64,000 nt of DNA from Candidatus Kapaibacterium sp. (GCA_963664875.1 OY761611.1:2784001-2848000), one strand, 5' to 3'. Counted from the stretch's first letter, positions 9,321 through 19,392 are shown. Notes: a model not told the origin generated them from the sequence alone. Made by a program: numbers and translations.

Positions 9321-10469
9321 TTATCCGGTTCGATTTTTATTTTTATAATAAAAACTGTACAAAATTAGAGCCAAAGATATAAATATTAGTAAATATAGTA
9401 AGAAGTTTTCGCGAAAGATATTTTGATCTTCTACTTCTTGAATCGCTTCTTCTAATACAGCGACATGTTTAGCTTTTAATTTGGTATTGTAACTTTCAAT
9501 TGAATCTTTTAAGTGATTATACAGATTCTTATTAGATTCAGAGTATTCAAAGTGATGCAATTCATTTTGAAGCTTTACAAAGGCATTGATCAAATCACAT
9601 TTGAAACCTATAGTACCCAGAGTATCCGCAATTTGTATTGCTTCGTGTATGTATGTAGTATCTTTTGTGATGTCTGATTTTATTGATAACAGTTGTGCAA
9701 AATCATCCATATATTTCAAATTTTTTGCAACTGCCAACAAAGAATCAATTGTATATAAAGCGACGTCGCCATAAGTTTCCTGTCGTATAGAGTAGTAATT
9801 TAAAGTAGCACTTAACTCAACTTTTTCGTGCCAGGTGCTATAATAATCCATAGATTTTTTATAATAATGAAGTGCAGAATCAATCTTATTTCTTTTGTAG
9901 AAATACAGTCCATACTTATTTAAAACGAATCTTTTATTAATATCCGAAAATGGCGTAATAAAATTTAAGGTATCTAAGTATTCTTTTGCAAGATTAAAAT
10001 CGCCGGTTTGAATGTACAAATCTGAAATGTTGTTTAAGTAATCGAATCTGGCTGCATCGTTGCCTGCTTGAATGTAACCGGACTGCTTTTTTAAGTATTC
10101 CAGTGCTTTATCAAGTCTGTCTAAATAGGCATAAGAACCATAGAGCTGCTTATATAGGCTTCTTTTTATTGTGGAATCTTCAAATTGTACCGACAATCTT
10201 TCCGCCTGGTGGAGATATCTTAATTTATCGATAAGGTTCCCTCTTTGATTATTCAAAGAAGCAAGATCTATCAATACTACGGTTTCCCTACGTACATCTA
10301 AATAGCTTTTATATTCGCTCAGAGCCTCTTTGAAAAGTATCTCCGCGCTGTCCAAATTTTCGTTATATATCTCCCAAGCAGCCTGATGCGTTTCGGAAAG
10401 CTCGTCAAAGCTAATCGATAACATCAGAATTATTGACAAAAGAGAATACCAAATCACAGATCTGCTCAA
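9321..10469 (-). CDS. Membrane-anchored TPR-repeat protein (paralog 1)
   Basis: Same architecture; TTG start; C-terminal TM plus KNKNRTG tail. Confidence 0.85.
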   Translation of the reverse strand: MSRSVIWYSLLSIILMLSISFDELSETHQAAWEIYNENLDSAEILFKEALSEYKSYLDVRRETVVLIDLASLNNQRGNLIDKLRYLHQAERLSVQFEDSTIKRSLYKQLYGSYAYLDRLDKALEYLKKQSGYIQAGNDAARFDYLNNISDLYIQTGDFNLAKEYLDTLNFITPFSDINKRFVLNKYGLYFYKRNKIDSALHYYKKSMDYYSTWHEKVELSATLNYYSIRQETYGDVALYTIDSLLAVAKNLKYMDDFAQLLSIKSDITKDTTYIHEAIQIADTLGTIGFKCDLINAFVKLQNELHHFEYSESNKNLYNHLKDSIESYNTKLKAKHVAVLEEAIQEVEDQNIFRENFLLYLLIFISLALILYSFYYKNKNRTG

Positions 10470-10626
10470 GCTAAGTAATAATACTCAAAAGATGCACAAA
10501 TTAAGTGTTTTTTTCAAATATATTTTAGAAGTATTTTTGCTTATCTCTAAAGAGTCGAACACAAAGTTACTTAATGTGTAAAAGTAAATAGGCGATTGTC
10601 GAATCAAAAATTATAGAGCGAAAGTT

Positions 10627-11193
10627 ATGGGATTAAAAATAATTGATGAAGCATTGAACGGATTGAAGCTAATAGAACCTCAGGTTTTTCAGGATGGGCG
10701 TGGTTTTTTTATGGAATCTTATAATGCTTATGACTTCGAGCAACTGGGCTTGCCTACCAATTTTGTACAAGACAATCACTCGTGCTCTGCAAAAGGAGTA
10801 ATTCGGGGTATGCACTTTCAGTGGGACAAACCTCAGGGAAAATTGATAAGGGTTACGTCAGGAAGTGCTTTTGTGGTCGAAATAGATTTAAGAAAAAAAT
10901 CTTCCAGCTTTGGCAAATGGAAAAGTTTTGAACTTTCAGAAAAAAATAAACATATACTTTGGGTTCCCCCGGGCTTCGCAAATGGATTCCTTGCCTTGGA
11001 AGATAATACTGAAATGATGTATAAATGCACTGCTCTATGGAATCCCAGTGGAGAAAATAACATACTTTGGAACGACCCGGATATTAAAATCGATTGGAAC
11101 TGTGATTCGCCAAATGTATCTGAAAGAGATAAAGAGGCACTAACATTTAGCCAATGGTGTACGATGCCCGAAAGCGACGCCTTTTCTTATTGA
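10627..11193 (+). CDS. rfbC: dTDP-4-dehydrorhamnose 3,5-epimerase
   Basis: DGRGFFME, FVQDNHS, RGMHFQ, LWVPPGFANGF, WNDPDI. Confidence 0.95.
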   Translation: MGLKIIDEALNGLKLIEPQVFQDGRGFFMESYNAYDFEQLGLPTNFVQDNHSCSAKGVIRGMHFQWDKPQGKLIRVTSGSAFVVEIDLRKKSSSFGKWKSFELSEKNKHILWVPPGFANGFLALEDNTEMMYKCTALWNPSGENNILWNDPDIKIDWNCDSPNVSERDKEALTFSQWCTMPESDAFSY

Positions 11194-11313
11194 ACTAGTT
11201 ATTTTGGATAAGTTATGTATCTGATTAAGATTTGTTCTTTTCTGTAAGATGTTTTATATATTTACCTTATCTTCCTGAAATTATTTTACCTCATCAAGCT
11301 GCACAAAGGTTAA

Positions 11314-12747
11314 ATGAATACAACTCAGTCACATAAACCGTCTATAGGCTTATATACCACAATCGCAATAGTCGCTGGTGCAATGATTGGCTCTGGTGTC
11401 TTCAAAAAACCTGCATTTATGGCAGAGCAATTAGGCTCGCCGGAGCTTCTTTTAGTAGTTTGGATATTAGCAGGCATTTTTACATTGTTCGGAGCTTTGA
11501 CCAATGCTGAGATAGCTTCAATGTATCCGGAAACGGGTGGGCAGTATGTCTATTTTGAAAAAATGTACGGAAAGCTAACTGCATTCTTGTATGGATGGGC
11601 GATTTTTGCAGTAATCCAAACAGGTTCGATTGCTTCGATTACTTATGTATTTTCCGAGTATAGCGAATACTTCTTTATTCTTCCGAGATTTGATGCAGAG
11701 ACAGAAAAAAGTATCTATCTTTATATTCCATACATAGGTTATATCTATCCACTATATGATTTTGGGGTCAAGCTGCTTACAATAGGGATTATTTCTTTCC
11801 TGACTGCAGCAAACTATTTTGGTGTAAAATACGGGGGAAGAATCTCTCTGATTTTTACTGCTATGAAGTTATCAGCACTCGCAGGTTTGGTCTTTTTTGC
11901 ATTTTTATCTGATGCGGGCAATCTATCTAATCTTGCTCCAATCGCTTCTCCAAGCTTTGGAAGTAATGGAATATTTGGTGCTTTTGTTGCAGCGTTTGCC
12001 GGAGCTTTTTGGGCTTATGACGGATGGAATAATATTACTTTCCTCGCCGGCGAAGTCGAAAAGCCTCAGATAAATATTCCAAAAGCACTTATCATAGGAA
12101 TGGCTATTGTCATCACAACTTATCTATTGATAAATATCGGATTTATGTATGTCTTGCCTATAGAAGTGATGGCAAAAAGCAAACTTGTAGCCGCTGATGT
12201 GGCAAATGTCGCAATCGGAGGTGTGGGGGCAGGCTTTGTATCTGCAGCTGTAATGATTTCTGCATTTGGGACTTCTAATGGCTCAATTATGGCTTCGTCG
12301 AGAGTATATTACAAAATGGCAAAAGATAAACTGTTTTTTGGTTTCGTAGATAATTTACATGAAAAATATCAAACACCGGGCAGATCGCTAATTTTGCAGG
12401 CTTTTTGGGCAAGTATTTTAGTTCTGAGCGGTACTTTTGATATACTGACCGATATGCTGATTTTTGTTAGCTTCATATTTTATGGTATGGGAGCTGCAGG
12501 CGTATTTGTTTTGCGAAAAAAACACCCTGATATCCACCGTCCCTATAAAGTGCCGGGCTACCCTATAGTGCCTTTGTTGTTTGTAATATTTGCATTTGCG
12601 TATGTCATATTTACATTGTATAATGATATTATAAATTACAGTGAAGGAAATTCTCAAATAATTAACTCTCTTTTTGGTCTATTATTAGTAGCAGTTGGGT
12701 TGCCTTTTTATTTTTACTTCGAAAAGAGAAACAGGCAAAATAGATAG
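11314..12747 (+). CDS. APC-family amino acid permease
   Basis: GAMIGSGVF, GGQYVY, FWAYDGW, RPYKVPGYP; about 12 TM segments. Confidence 0.93.
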   Translation: MNTTQSHKPSIGLYTTIAIVAGAMIGSGVFKKPAFMAEQLGSPELLLVVWILAGIFTLFGALTNAEIASMYPETGGQYVYFEKMYGKLTAFLYGWAIFAVIQTGSIASITYVFSEYSEYFFILPRFDAETEKSIYLYIPYIGYIYPLYDFGVKLLTIGIISFLTAANYFGVKYGGRISLIFTAMKLSALAGLVFFAFLSDAGNLSNLAPIASPSFGSNGIFGAFVAAFAGAFWAYDGWNNITFLAGEVEKPQINIPKALIIGMAIVITTYLLINIGFMYVLPIEVMAKSKLVAADVANVAIGGVGAGFVSAAVMISAFGTSNGSIMASSRVYYKMAKDKLFFGFVDNLHEKYQTPGRSLILQAFWASILVLSGTFDILTDMLIFVSFIFYGMGAAGVFVLRKKHPDIHRPYKVPGYPIVPLLFVIFAFAYVIFTLYNDIINYSEGNSQIINSLFGLLLVAVGLPFYFYFEKRNRQNR

Positions 12748-12785
12748 ACCCCAAATTTTGAGCCATTTATATACAGGAGTATTGT

Positions 12786-13436
12786 ATGGGCGCATTAGTT
12801 TATAATATCCATTCAGAAACGCCGGAAATGAAAAAGATTAGTGCTGTCGCCGATGCAGTCAATGACGGAGCTGTTATTCTTTATCCGACAGATACCGGTT
12901 TTACTTTAGGTTGCAACCTTTCTAACAAAAATGCAATTGAAAAAATCCGCAGAATCAGAGGTTTTTCTACTGATAAATCGCTGACTTTTCTCTGCGATTC
13001 CCTGTCTAATATTTCTGAGTTTGCTAAAGTAAATAACGAAGCATATAAAACTATCAAAAGATTGATACCGGGACCTTATACTTTCATTTTGCCCGCTTCG
13101 AGGGAAGTCCCGAAATTTGCTCAAAATCCTAAAAGGAATACCGCAGGCATCAGAGTGCCTCAGCATACCCTTGCAAGATTACTTCTAAAAGATGTAGGTC
13201 ATCCGATTATTTCTATATCTGCTAAAATTGGTGATAATGAAATGCCAAACTCACCTGACGAATTAGCGGATGCCTTTACAAAATTGGTTGATGTAGTAGT
13301 TACTTCAGAGAAGTACAATTTTCTCGGAGAATCTACTGTAATCGATATGACAGAAGAACAATTCTACCTAATTCGAAAGGGTTCAGGCTGGGACAAAATA
13401 TCTGATTTTGTCTCTTTGGAAGAAGCCCCCGAATAG
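12786..13436 (+). CDS. Sua5/YciO/YrdC-family L-threonylcarbamoyladenylate synthase-like protein
   Basis: YPTDTG, PGPYTFIL, GIRVP, STVID motifs; YciO-like. Confidence 0.9.
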   Translation: MGALVYNIHSETPEMKKISAVADAVNDGAVILYPTDTGFTLGCNLSNKNAIEKIRRIRGFSTDKSLTFLCDSLSNISEFAKVNNEAYKTIKRLIPGPYTFILPASREVPKFAQNPKRNTAGIRVPQHTLARLLLKDVGHPIISISAKIGDNEMPNSPDELADAFTKLVDVVVTSEKYNFLGESTVIDMTEEQFYLIRKGSGWDKISDFVSLEEAPE

Positions 13437-13450
13437 TATCTTTGATGTTC

Positions 13451-13487
13451 ATGCCCTCGCAATTACTTGATTACGAGGGCATTTTTT
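13451..13487 (+). terminator. Intrinsic terminator
   Basis: ATGCCCTCG...CGAGGGCAT plus T-run. Confidence 0.75.
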
Positions 13488-13605
13488 CTTGAATATCCGT
13501 TCCCGGAAATCTCTGCGAACAGCATATTAAGTTTTAGAGTATTTTTTCGTAGCTTGAACTGATTTATATATATTTGTATATGTTTAATACCCTGAAAACA
13601 AAAAA

Positions 13606-14601
13606 ATGTACAAATATATCCTACTTTTATATTTTATTTTTTCTGCAGGCACAGTTTTGGCACAAGAATCCGGCAATCGCTCCCTACTTGCAGATTCCTC
13701 ATATCAGCAGTATAAAATTGACGACAACACAATAATGTTGTACCAAGAGCCTAAAACATTTGAATTTATTACAAATACTCCCGGTAATTTCATAGATTTT
13801 TACAATCGAGGTTTTTCTTGCGACTTGTGGCAGGAATATGCTCTTATTACCGGTTCGACCGCACTTCTTTGGTATTTTGATCAAGATTTGCTCGACAAGT
13901 CCCAGCAGTTAGGCAGGGATTTGGGGCTTGGCAATAGAGACAATACCAGCACATACATTTCTATTGGAGATTTACCTATTTTCAGAGGTCCTTCCGACTG
14001 GGGCTCAGCAATGTATTTCATAGGAGATGGATGGACTCATCTCGGATTTTCACTCGGATTTTATGCCTACGGTCTAATTGATGACGACAACAGAGCTCTG
14101 CAAACAGCATCTCAAATTGCTCAGGGAATGCTTACTACAGGCATTGCTACTCAAGTGCTGAAACATCTCACCGGAAGACAGAGCCCTTATGTTTCTACAG
14201 AAAAGCGAGGTAGATGGGATTTGTTTCCTAATCAGGTAGAGTATCATAAACATGTTTCTTCCTATGATGCGTTCCCTTCGGGGCACATCGCTACTGCAAT
14301 GATGACACTAACTGTTATTGCAGAAAACTATCCTGAATATACTTATATAAGACCTGTTGGCTATACTTTGATGACGCTTCTAATGTATCAGATGATGAAT
14401 AATGGAGTGCATTGGGCGAGTGACTACCCGCTTGGCATAGCGATTGGTTACCTAATGGGAAAAATAGCTGTTGATAATGGCAGAAAAATTGTTAAATTGA
14501 ACGACGTTCAAGACCAAACTTGGTTCGACAAAATTCAAGTTAGCCCTTCTGTAAATTTGCAGGGTGGTCTGAGCATCAATTTGACGTACCCATTATACTG
14601 A
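13606..14601 (+). CDS. PAP2-family phosphatase with signal peptide
   Basis: KHLTGRQSP, AFPSGH, HWASD motifs. Confidence 0.85.
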   Translation: MYKYILLLYFIFSAGTVLAQESGNRSLLADSSYQQYKIDDNTIMLYQEPKTFEFITNTPGNFIDFYNRGFSCDLWQEYALITGSTALLWYFDQDLLDKSQQLGRDLGLGNRDNTSTYISIGDLPIFRGPSDWGSAMYFIGDGWTHLGFSLGFYAYGLIDDDNRALQTASQIAQGMLTTGIATQVLKHLTGRQSPYVSTEKRGRWDLFPNQVEYHKHVSSYDAFPSGHIATAMMTLTVIAENYPEYTYIRPVGYTLMTLLMYQMMNNGVHWASDYPLGIAIGYLMGKIAVDNGRKIVKLNDVQDQTWFDKIQVSPSVNLQGGLSINLTYPLY

Positions 14602-14613
14602 TTTTATTTGAAT

Positions 14614-15141
14614 ATGAAAGTTTTGATTTTATTGACTATTGCCCTGTATCTTTGTGTTTGCAATAAGTGTTTGTCCCAAAATGCAATAGAAGAAGCAGGA
14701 GATATAATTCAACTTGGATTGCCTGCCGGTGCATTTATTGTTAGTTGCTTTGACGGTGATTCTTACGAAAATTTCCTATACAGTATGATAGCCACTCAGG
14801 TGGTTACTCACACTGTAAAACGTACCATCAACAGAGAAAGACCCAACGGAGGCGATTATTCTTTCCCTTCCGGGCATACCTCATGTGCTTTTCAGGCGGC
14901 TTCTTTTTTACAGTTTAAATACGGGTGGCAGGTTGGAATTCCCGCTTATGCTTTGGCAGCTTATGTAGGCTGGTCTCGATATTATGCAGATAAGCATTAT
15001 ATTAGTGACATTTTAGCCGGTGCAGCTGTTGGTATATTTATGTCTTATATCTGCCTCGAGAAAGATGTGAGGATATTTACAAGTTCAAAAAAAATAGAAG
15101 ATCAGGACTCTTACGCGTTGAATTTCCAGCTTTCGTTTTAA
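14614..15141 (+). CDS. PAP2-family phosphatase (LpxE-like)
   Basis: KRTINRERP, SFPSGH, SRYYADKHYISD. Confidence 0.85.
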   Translation: MKVLILLTIALYLCVCNKCLSQNAIEEAGDIIQLGLPAGAFIVSCFDGDSYENFLYSMIATQVVTHTVKRTINRERPNGGDYSFPSGHTSCAFQAASFLQFKYGWQVGIPAYALAAYVGWSRYYADKHYISDILAGAAVGIFMSYICLEKDVRIFTSSKKIEDQDSYALNFQLSF

Positions 15142-15176
15142 TCTGCAAGAACAAAAAAGAAATAAACTATAAAATA

Positions 15177-15217
15177 AAACAAGCCCTCGATTTTACATCC
15201 GGGGCTTGTTTCGTTTT
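15177..15217. terminator. Bidirectional terminator
   Basis: AAACAAGCCC...GGGCTTGTTT between convergent genes. Confidence 0.7.
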
Positions 15218-15245
15218 AATCTATTCGGGTATTATGCACCAAAGT

Positions 15246-16778
15246 TTATTCTGAGTCTTTTTCTTCTTTTCTTAGTTTTTCAGGTTTCATCTGAGGGAAG
15301 AAAAGTACGTCTCTGATTGAAGTGTTATCAGTCATAAACATAACAAGTCTATCGATACCAATACCTATACCTGCAGTAGGAGGCATACCGATTTCGATAG
15401 CCTGAAGGAAGTCTTCATCTACAATCATTGCTTCTTCGTCGCCTGCAGCCCTGTTTTTTGCCTGTTCTTCCAATCTGGCTCTTTGATCGCGAGGGTCATT
15501 TAGCTCTGAGTAAGCATTTGCATATTCAGCACCATTGATAAATAGTTCGAATCTTTCTACGAGACCTTCTTCTTCTCTGTGCTTTTTGGTGAGCGGAGAC
15601 ATTTCGATAGGATAGTCAGTAACAAAAGTAGGTTGAATCAAATGTTCCTCTACTTTTTCACCGAATATTTCATCTAATATCTTCATCTCTGAAAATGTTT
15701 CGTCTATCTCTACTCCAAGCTCTTTGGCAGCCGCTCTAAGTTCTTCTTTGTTTTTGCCTTTCAAATCCATTCCGGTATATTCTTTGAATAAATCGAACAT
15801 TTTAGCCCGGCGGAATGGTACAGCAAGGTCAAACTCTTTACCGTCGAAAGTTACTGTCGTATTACCCAATACAGTTTGAGCAACACCTCTATATAATTCT
15901 TCTGTCAAATCCATAAGCCAGTTATAGTCTTTGTAAGCTACATAGAGCTCCATAGCAGTAAACTCAGGATTGTGAGTTTTGTCCATGCCTTCGTTACGGA
16001 AGTTTTTACTGATTTCATAAACACCTTCGAAACCACCAACGATAAGACGTTTGAGGTACAATTCGTCAGCAATACGTAAGTAAAGAGGAATATCTAATGT
16101 GTTGTGATGAGTGATAAACGGACGGGCAGAAGCACCACCGTAAATAGGCTGCAACACAGGAGTTTCAACTTCCAAATAACCTCTCTCGTCCAAAAATCTT
16201 CTAATGTAGGTAATAATTTTGGAGCGTTTAATAAAAGTATCTCTAATGTTAGAGTTAACAATCAAATCAATATATCTTTTTCTATACCTTAGCTCTTTGT
16301 CAGCAAAAGCATCATGAATTATTTCATTTCCGTTTTCGTCCACTTCAACTTTAGCAATCGGGAGAGGCTTCAAAGATTTTGTAAGCAGCTTGGCATCGGT
16401 AGCGTGGATAGATATCTCGCCCTTTTGAGTACGAAAAACATATCCGTTTACACCGATAATGTCACCAATATCGAGTTTTTTGATATGAGGGTAAAAATCC
16501 GGTAGATCATCACGCTTTAGATAGACCTGGATTCTGCCGCTTTGGTCAAGTATATGAAGGAAAGTAGCCTTACCCATAATTCGCATAGCCATAATTCTGC
16601 CGGCAACAGCAACATCCTTAAAATCTTCCGCCTTTTCATCGTCGAAAGCAGTAAGAATTTCAGTGGCTCTGTGAGTTTGGTCGAAGCTATAGGGGTAAGC
16701 ATTAATCCCCGCTTCCTCCAAAAGCTGCAATTCTTCTAATCTACGCAACTCTTGGTCATTTCTTTGAATCTCAGACAT
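15246..16778 (-). CDS. lysS: Lysine--tRNA ligase (class II)
   Basis: [33 protein letters not shown]; start set at ATG 16778 (MSEIQ) because a TACATTTG promoter element overlaps the longer ORF start. Confidence 0.98.
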   Translation of the reverse strand: MSEIQRNDQELRRLEELQLLEEAGINAYPYSFDQTHRATEILTAFDDEKAEDFKDVAVAGRIMAMRIMGKATFLHILDQSGRIQVYLKRDDLPDFYPHIKKLDIGDIIGVNGYVFRTQKGEISIHATDAKLLTKSLKPLPIAKVEVDENGNEIIHDAFADKELRYRKRYIDLIVNSNIRDTFIKRSKIITYIRRFLDERGYLEVETPVLQPIYGGASARPFITHHNTLDIPLYLRIADELYLKRLIVGGFEGVYEISKNFRNEGMDKTHNPEFTAMELYVAYKDYNWLMDLTEELYRGVAQTVLGNTTVTFDGKEFDLAVPFRRAKMFDLFKEYTGMDLKGKNKEELRAAAKELGVEIDETFSEMKILDEIFGEKVEEHLIQPTFVTDYPIEMSPLTKKHREEEGLVERFELFINGAEYANAYSELNDPRDQRARLEEQAKNRAAGDEEAMIVDEDFLQAIEIGMPPTAGIGIGIDRLVMFMTDNTSIRDVLFFPQMKPEKLRKEEKDSE

Positions 16779-16954
16779 AAAATACCAATATAATTTGTAA
16801 ATATGTAAAATGCAATAATTCAAATGTAGGCATTTTTGAGAAAATATTTGGAATAATTTGTGTAATTCGCTAAGATTGTCTTATATTTGTAAATATTCCA
16901 ATATATTATACGTTAGCCATATTAAGGTATTATAAATAAACCAGAAGGGACTAC

Positions 16955-17539
16955 TTGAAGCCGATTCTATTACTTGCGCATTTTACACCTGCCAACAAAG
17001 GCAGAAGAGTCTTACCGGCTCAGAAAAAACACCGTACTAACGACGAAATTAAAGAAAAAGAAGTACGTGTAATCGATGCAAATGGCGAAATGCTTGGCAT
17101 TTTGGATCCGAGAAAAGCTGTTTTAATGGCTGAGGAAGCCGAAATGGATCTTGTGGAGATTGCTCCTAAAGCAAAGCCTCCGGTTTGTAGAATTATCGAT
17201 TATGGAAAGTTTCTTTACGAAATCCAAAAGAAAGAAAAGCTACAAAGAAAAAATCAACAACAGTCTCAAATGAAGGAAATTCGCTTCAAATGGAGAACTG
17301 CTGACCATGATTTTAACTTTAAAACAAGGCATGCAAAAGATTTTATCGAATCAGGCAACAAAGTAAAGGCTTCTGTTCTTTTTAGAGGTAGAGAGATTAC
17401 TCACCAGGAAATCGGAAGAGAATTACTCAAAAAATTTGTCGAAGAAATGAAAGATGTTGCGAAAGTGGATGTGCCTATCAAATTTGAAGGCAGAAACCTT
17501 TCGGTAATTCTTGCTCCAATTAAGTCAAAGAAAAATTAA
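16955..17539 (+). CDS. infC: Translation initiation factor IF-3 (non-AUG start)
   Basis: RTNDEI..EVRVID, PPVCRIIDYGK, FRGRE; no in-frame ATG before residue 46. Confidence 0.96.
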   Translation: MKPILLLAHFTPANKGRRVLPAQKKHRTNDEIKEKEVRVIDANGEMLGILDPRKAVLMAEEAEMDLVEIAPKAKPPVCRIIDYGKFLYEIQKKEKLQRKNQQQSQMKEIRFKWRTADHDFNFKTRHAKDFIESGNKVKASVLFRGREITHQEIGRELLKKFVEEMKDVAKVDVPIKFEGRNLSVILAPIKSKKN

Positions 17540-17630
17540 TTTCAATTTCTTCCCCTTTTTTGCTATATTGTCGGTTCTCATATTGGTCGAGAACCGATTT
17601 TTGTTTTACATTTAACGTATAGGAAAAGCC

Positions 17631-17828
17631 ATGCCTAAAATGAAGACTAACGGCTCCGCTAAAAAAAGGTTTAAACAAACCGGCAGCGGCAAATTCAAAA
17701 GGGCAAAAGCTTTTGCAAGCCACATTTTAACAAAAAAAGCTCCTAAAAGAAAAAAAGCTCTTAGAGAACTTACTTATGTTTCTAAAGTGGACGAACCAAG
17801 AGTTAAAAAACTTATGGGTCAAGGCTAA
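17631..17828 (+). CDS. rpmI: 50S ribosomal protein L35
   Basis: MPKMKT..SAKKRFK.TGSGK; synteny with infC and rplT. Confidence 0.97.
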   Translation: MPKMKTNGSAKKRFKQTGSGKFKRAKAFASHILTKKAPKRKKALRELTYVSKVDEPRVKKLMGQG

Positions 17829-17964
17829 TTTAGCCTTTTTGCAAAAAGTTTTTCCGCTTTCTCTCTCATTTTCTCTATAAACACCGGCTAAGGGGTTATA
17901 ATTTAGTGAAGCTCCCCCCATGCCAAAAAGTTTTGTTTAAATTATTACACAAGGTTGTAAAAAA

Positions 17965-18312
17965 ATGGCAAGAAGTGTCAATAAAGTAGCTTCGCACCGT
18001 AAACGCAGAAGAATATTAAAACTCGCCAAAGGTTATTGGGGAGCTAGAAAAAATGTTTGGACGGTTGCGAAAAACCACATCGAAAAAGGTTTACAGCACG
18101 CTTACGTTGGTCGTAAGCTCAAAAAACGCCAATATCGCAGACTTTGGATCGTTCGTATCAATGCTGCGGCTCGCATCAATGGTACTACTTATTCTCGTTT
18201 GATCAATGGATTGAAGAAAAACAATATCCTTATCAATCGTAAAGTTTTAGCTGATTTGGCTGTTCACAGACCTGAAATTTTCGCTGCTATTTGCAAAAAA
18301 GCCGTTGCTTAA
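17965..18312 (+). CDS. rplT: 50S ribosomal protein L20
   Basis: [28 protein letters not shown]. Confidence 0.98.
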   Translation: MARSVNKVASHRKRRRILKLAKGYWGARKNVWTVAKNHIEKGLQHAYVGRKLKKRQYRRLWIVRINAAARINGTTYSRLINGLKKNNILINRKVLADLAVHRPEIFAAICKKAVA

Positions 18313-18345
18313 TTCTTTTTTTTCAATAAAGCAAGAATAAGGATC

Positions 18346-19359
18346 ATGATTGAAGAAATAAGATCCCTTAAGAATAAAATTGAAGAAAAGCTTCAAAATA
18401 TCTCAACGCCGGAAGAGCTCTCGCAATTCCGGCTTGAGTTTTTAGTCAAAAAGGGCACTCTACAGCAGCTTCTGCTTAAAATGAAAGATGTCCCTAAAGA
18501 TATCAAACCAATTGTCGGCAAAGAGCTGAACATACTCAAAAGCTTTGCCGAATCTACTTACGAATCTCTCGTTACCAAATTCTCTGAAGATAATGACGTT
18601 TCGCCTGATTTAGATTTGTCTTTGCCGGGCAGATTGTCTTCTCGTGGTACTTACCACCCTGTCCTTCAGATAATGGACGAGATGATTTCAATTTTTACTG
18701 ATATGGGCTTCGCTGTAGCGGAGGGTCCGGAAATTGAAGATGATTATCATAATTTTGATGCTCTAAATTTCCCACCTGATCACCCCGCTCGTGATATGCA
18801 GGATACTTTCTTTGTCAAATCCGATAAAGAATTACTCTTGCGTACTCATACTTCTCCGGTACAAATTCGGGTAATGCAGGGGCAAAAGCCTCCTATTCGC
18901 TCAATTATGCCGGGTAGAGTATATAGAAACGAAGCTATCAATGCTCGCTCTCTTGCCGAGTTCCATCAGATTGAAGGTCTTTACATTGATAAAAATGTCT
19001 CATTTGCCGAGCTTAAAGGTACAATGATGATATTCGCTAAGAAAATGTATGGCGAGAATTCCGAATTTAGATTCCGTCCTTCATTTTTCCCTTTCACAGA
19101 ACCAAGCGCTGAAATGGATATTACCTGTTTCCTCTGCGGTGGCGAAGGGTGCAAAATATGTAAAGGTAGCGGCTGGCTGGAAATTGCAGGTTGCGGTATG
19201 GTACATCCTAATGTCTTGAAATCCGGCAACATTGACCCTGAAGAATTTACAGGTTATGCTTTTGGATTCGGAATCGAAAGAGTTGCTATGCTTCGCACAG
19301 GCATTGATGATATCAGACTTCTTTACGAAAATGATATACGAGTTTTGAATCAGTTCTAA
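18346..19359 (+). CDS. pheS: Phenylalanine--tRNA ligase alpha subunit
   Basis: HPARDMQDTF, LRTHTSPVQ, FPFTEPSAE, GFGIER. Confidence 0.98.
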   Translation: MIEEIRSLKNKIEEKLQNISTPEELSQFRLEFLVKKGTLQQLLLKMKDVPKDIKPIVGKELNILKSFAESTYESLVTKFSEDNDVSPDLDLSLPGRLSSRGTYHPVLQIMDEMISIFTDMGFAVAEGPEIEDDYHNFDALNFPPDHPARDMQDTFFVKSDKELLLRTHTSPVQIRVMQGQKPPIRSIMPGRVYRNEAINARSLAEFHQIEGLYIDKNVSFAELKGTMMIFAKKMYGENSEFRFRPSFFPFTEPSAEMDITCFLCGGEGCKICKGSGWLEIAGCGMVHPNVLKSGNIDPEEFTGYAFGFGIERVAMLRTGIDDIRLLYENDIRVLNQF

Positions 19360-19392
19360 AAACTACTGAATTATTACTCTGCTTAATATATA

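Noticed and set aside
7041-10469. TPR trio as RRNPP (Rap/Phr-like) quorum-sensing regulators
   Set aside because: These proteins are exported and membrane-anchored with no HTH domain, and the small ORF has no signal peptide and looks like a folded FN3 domain
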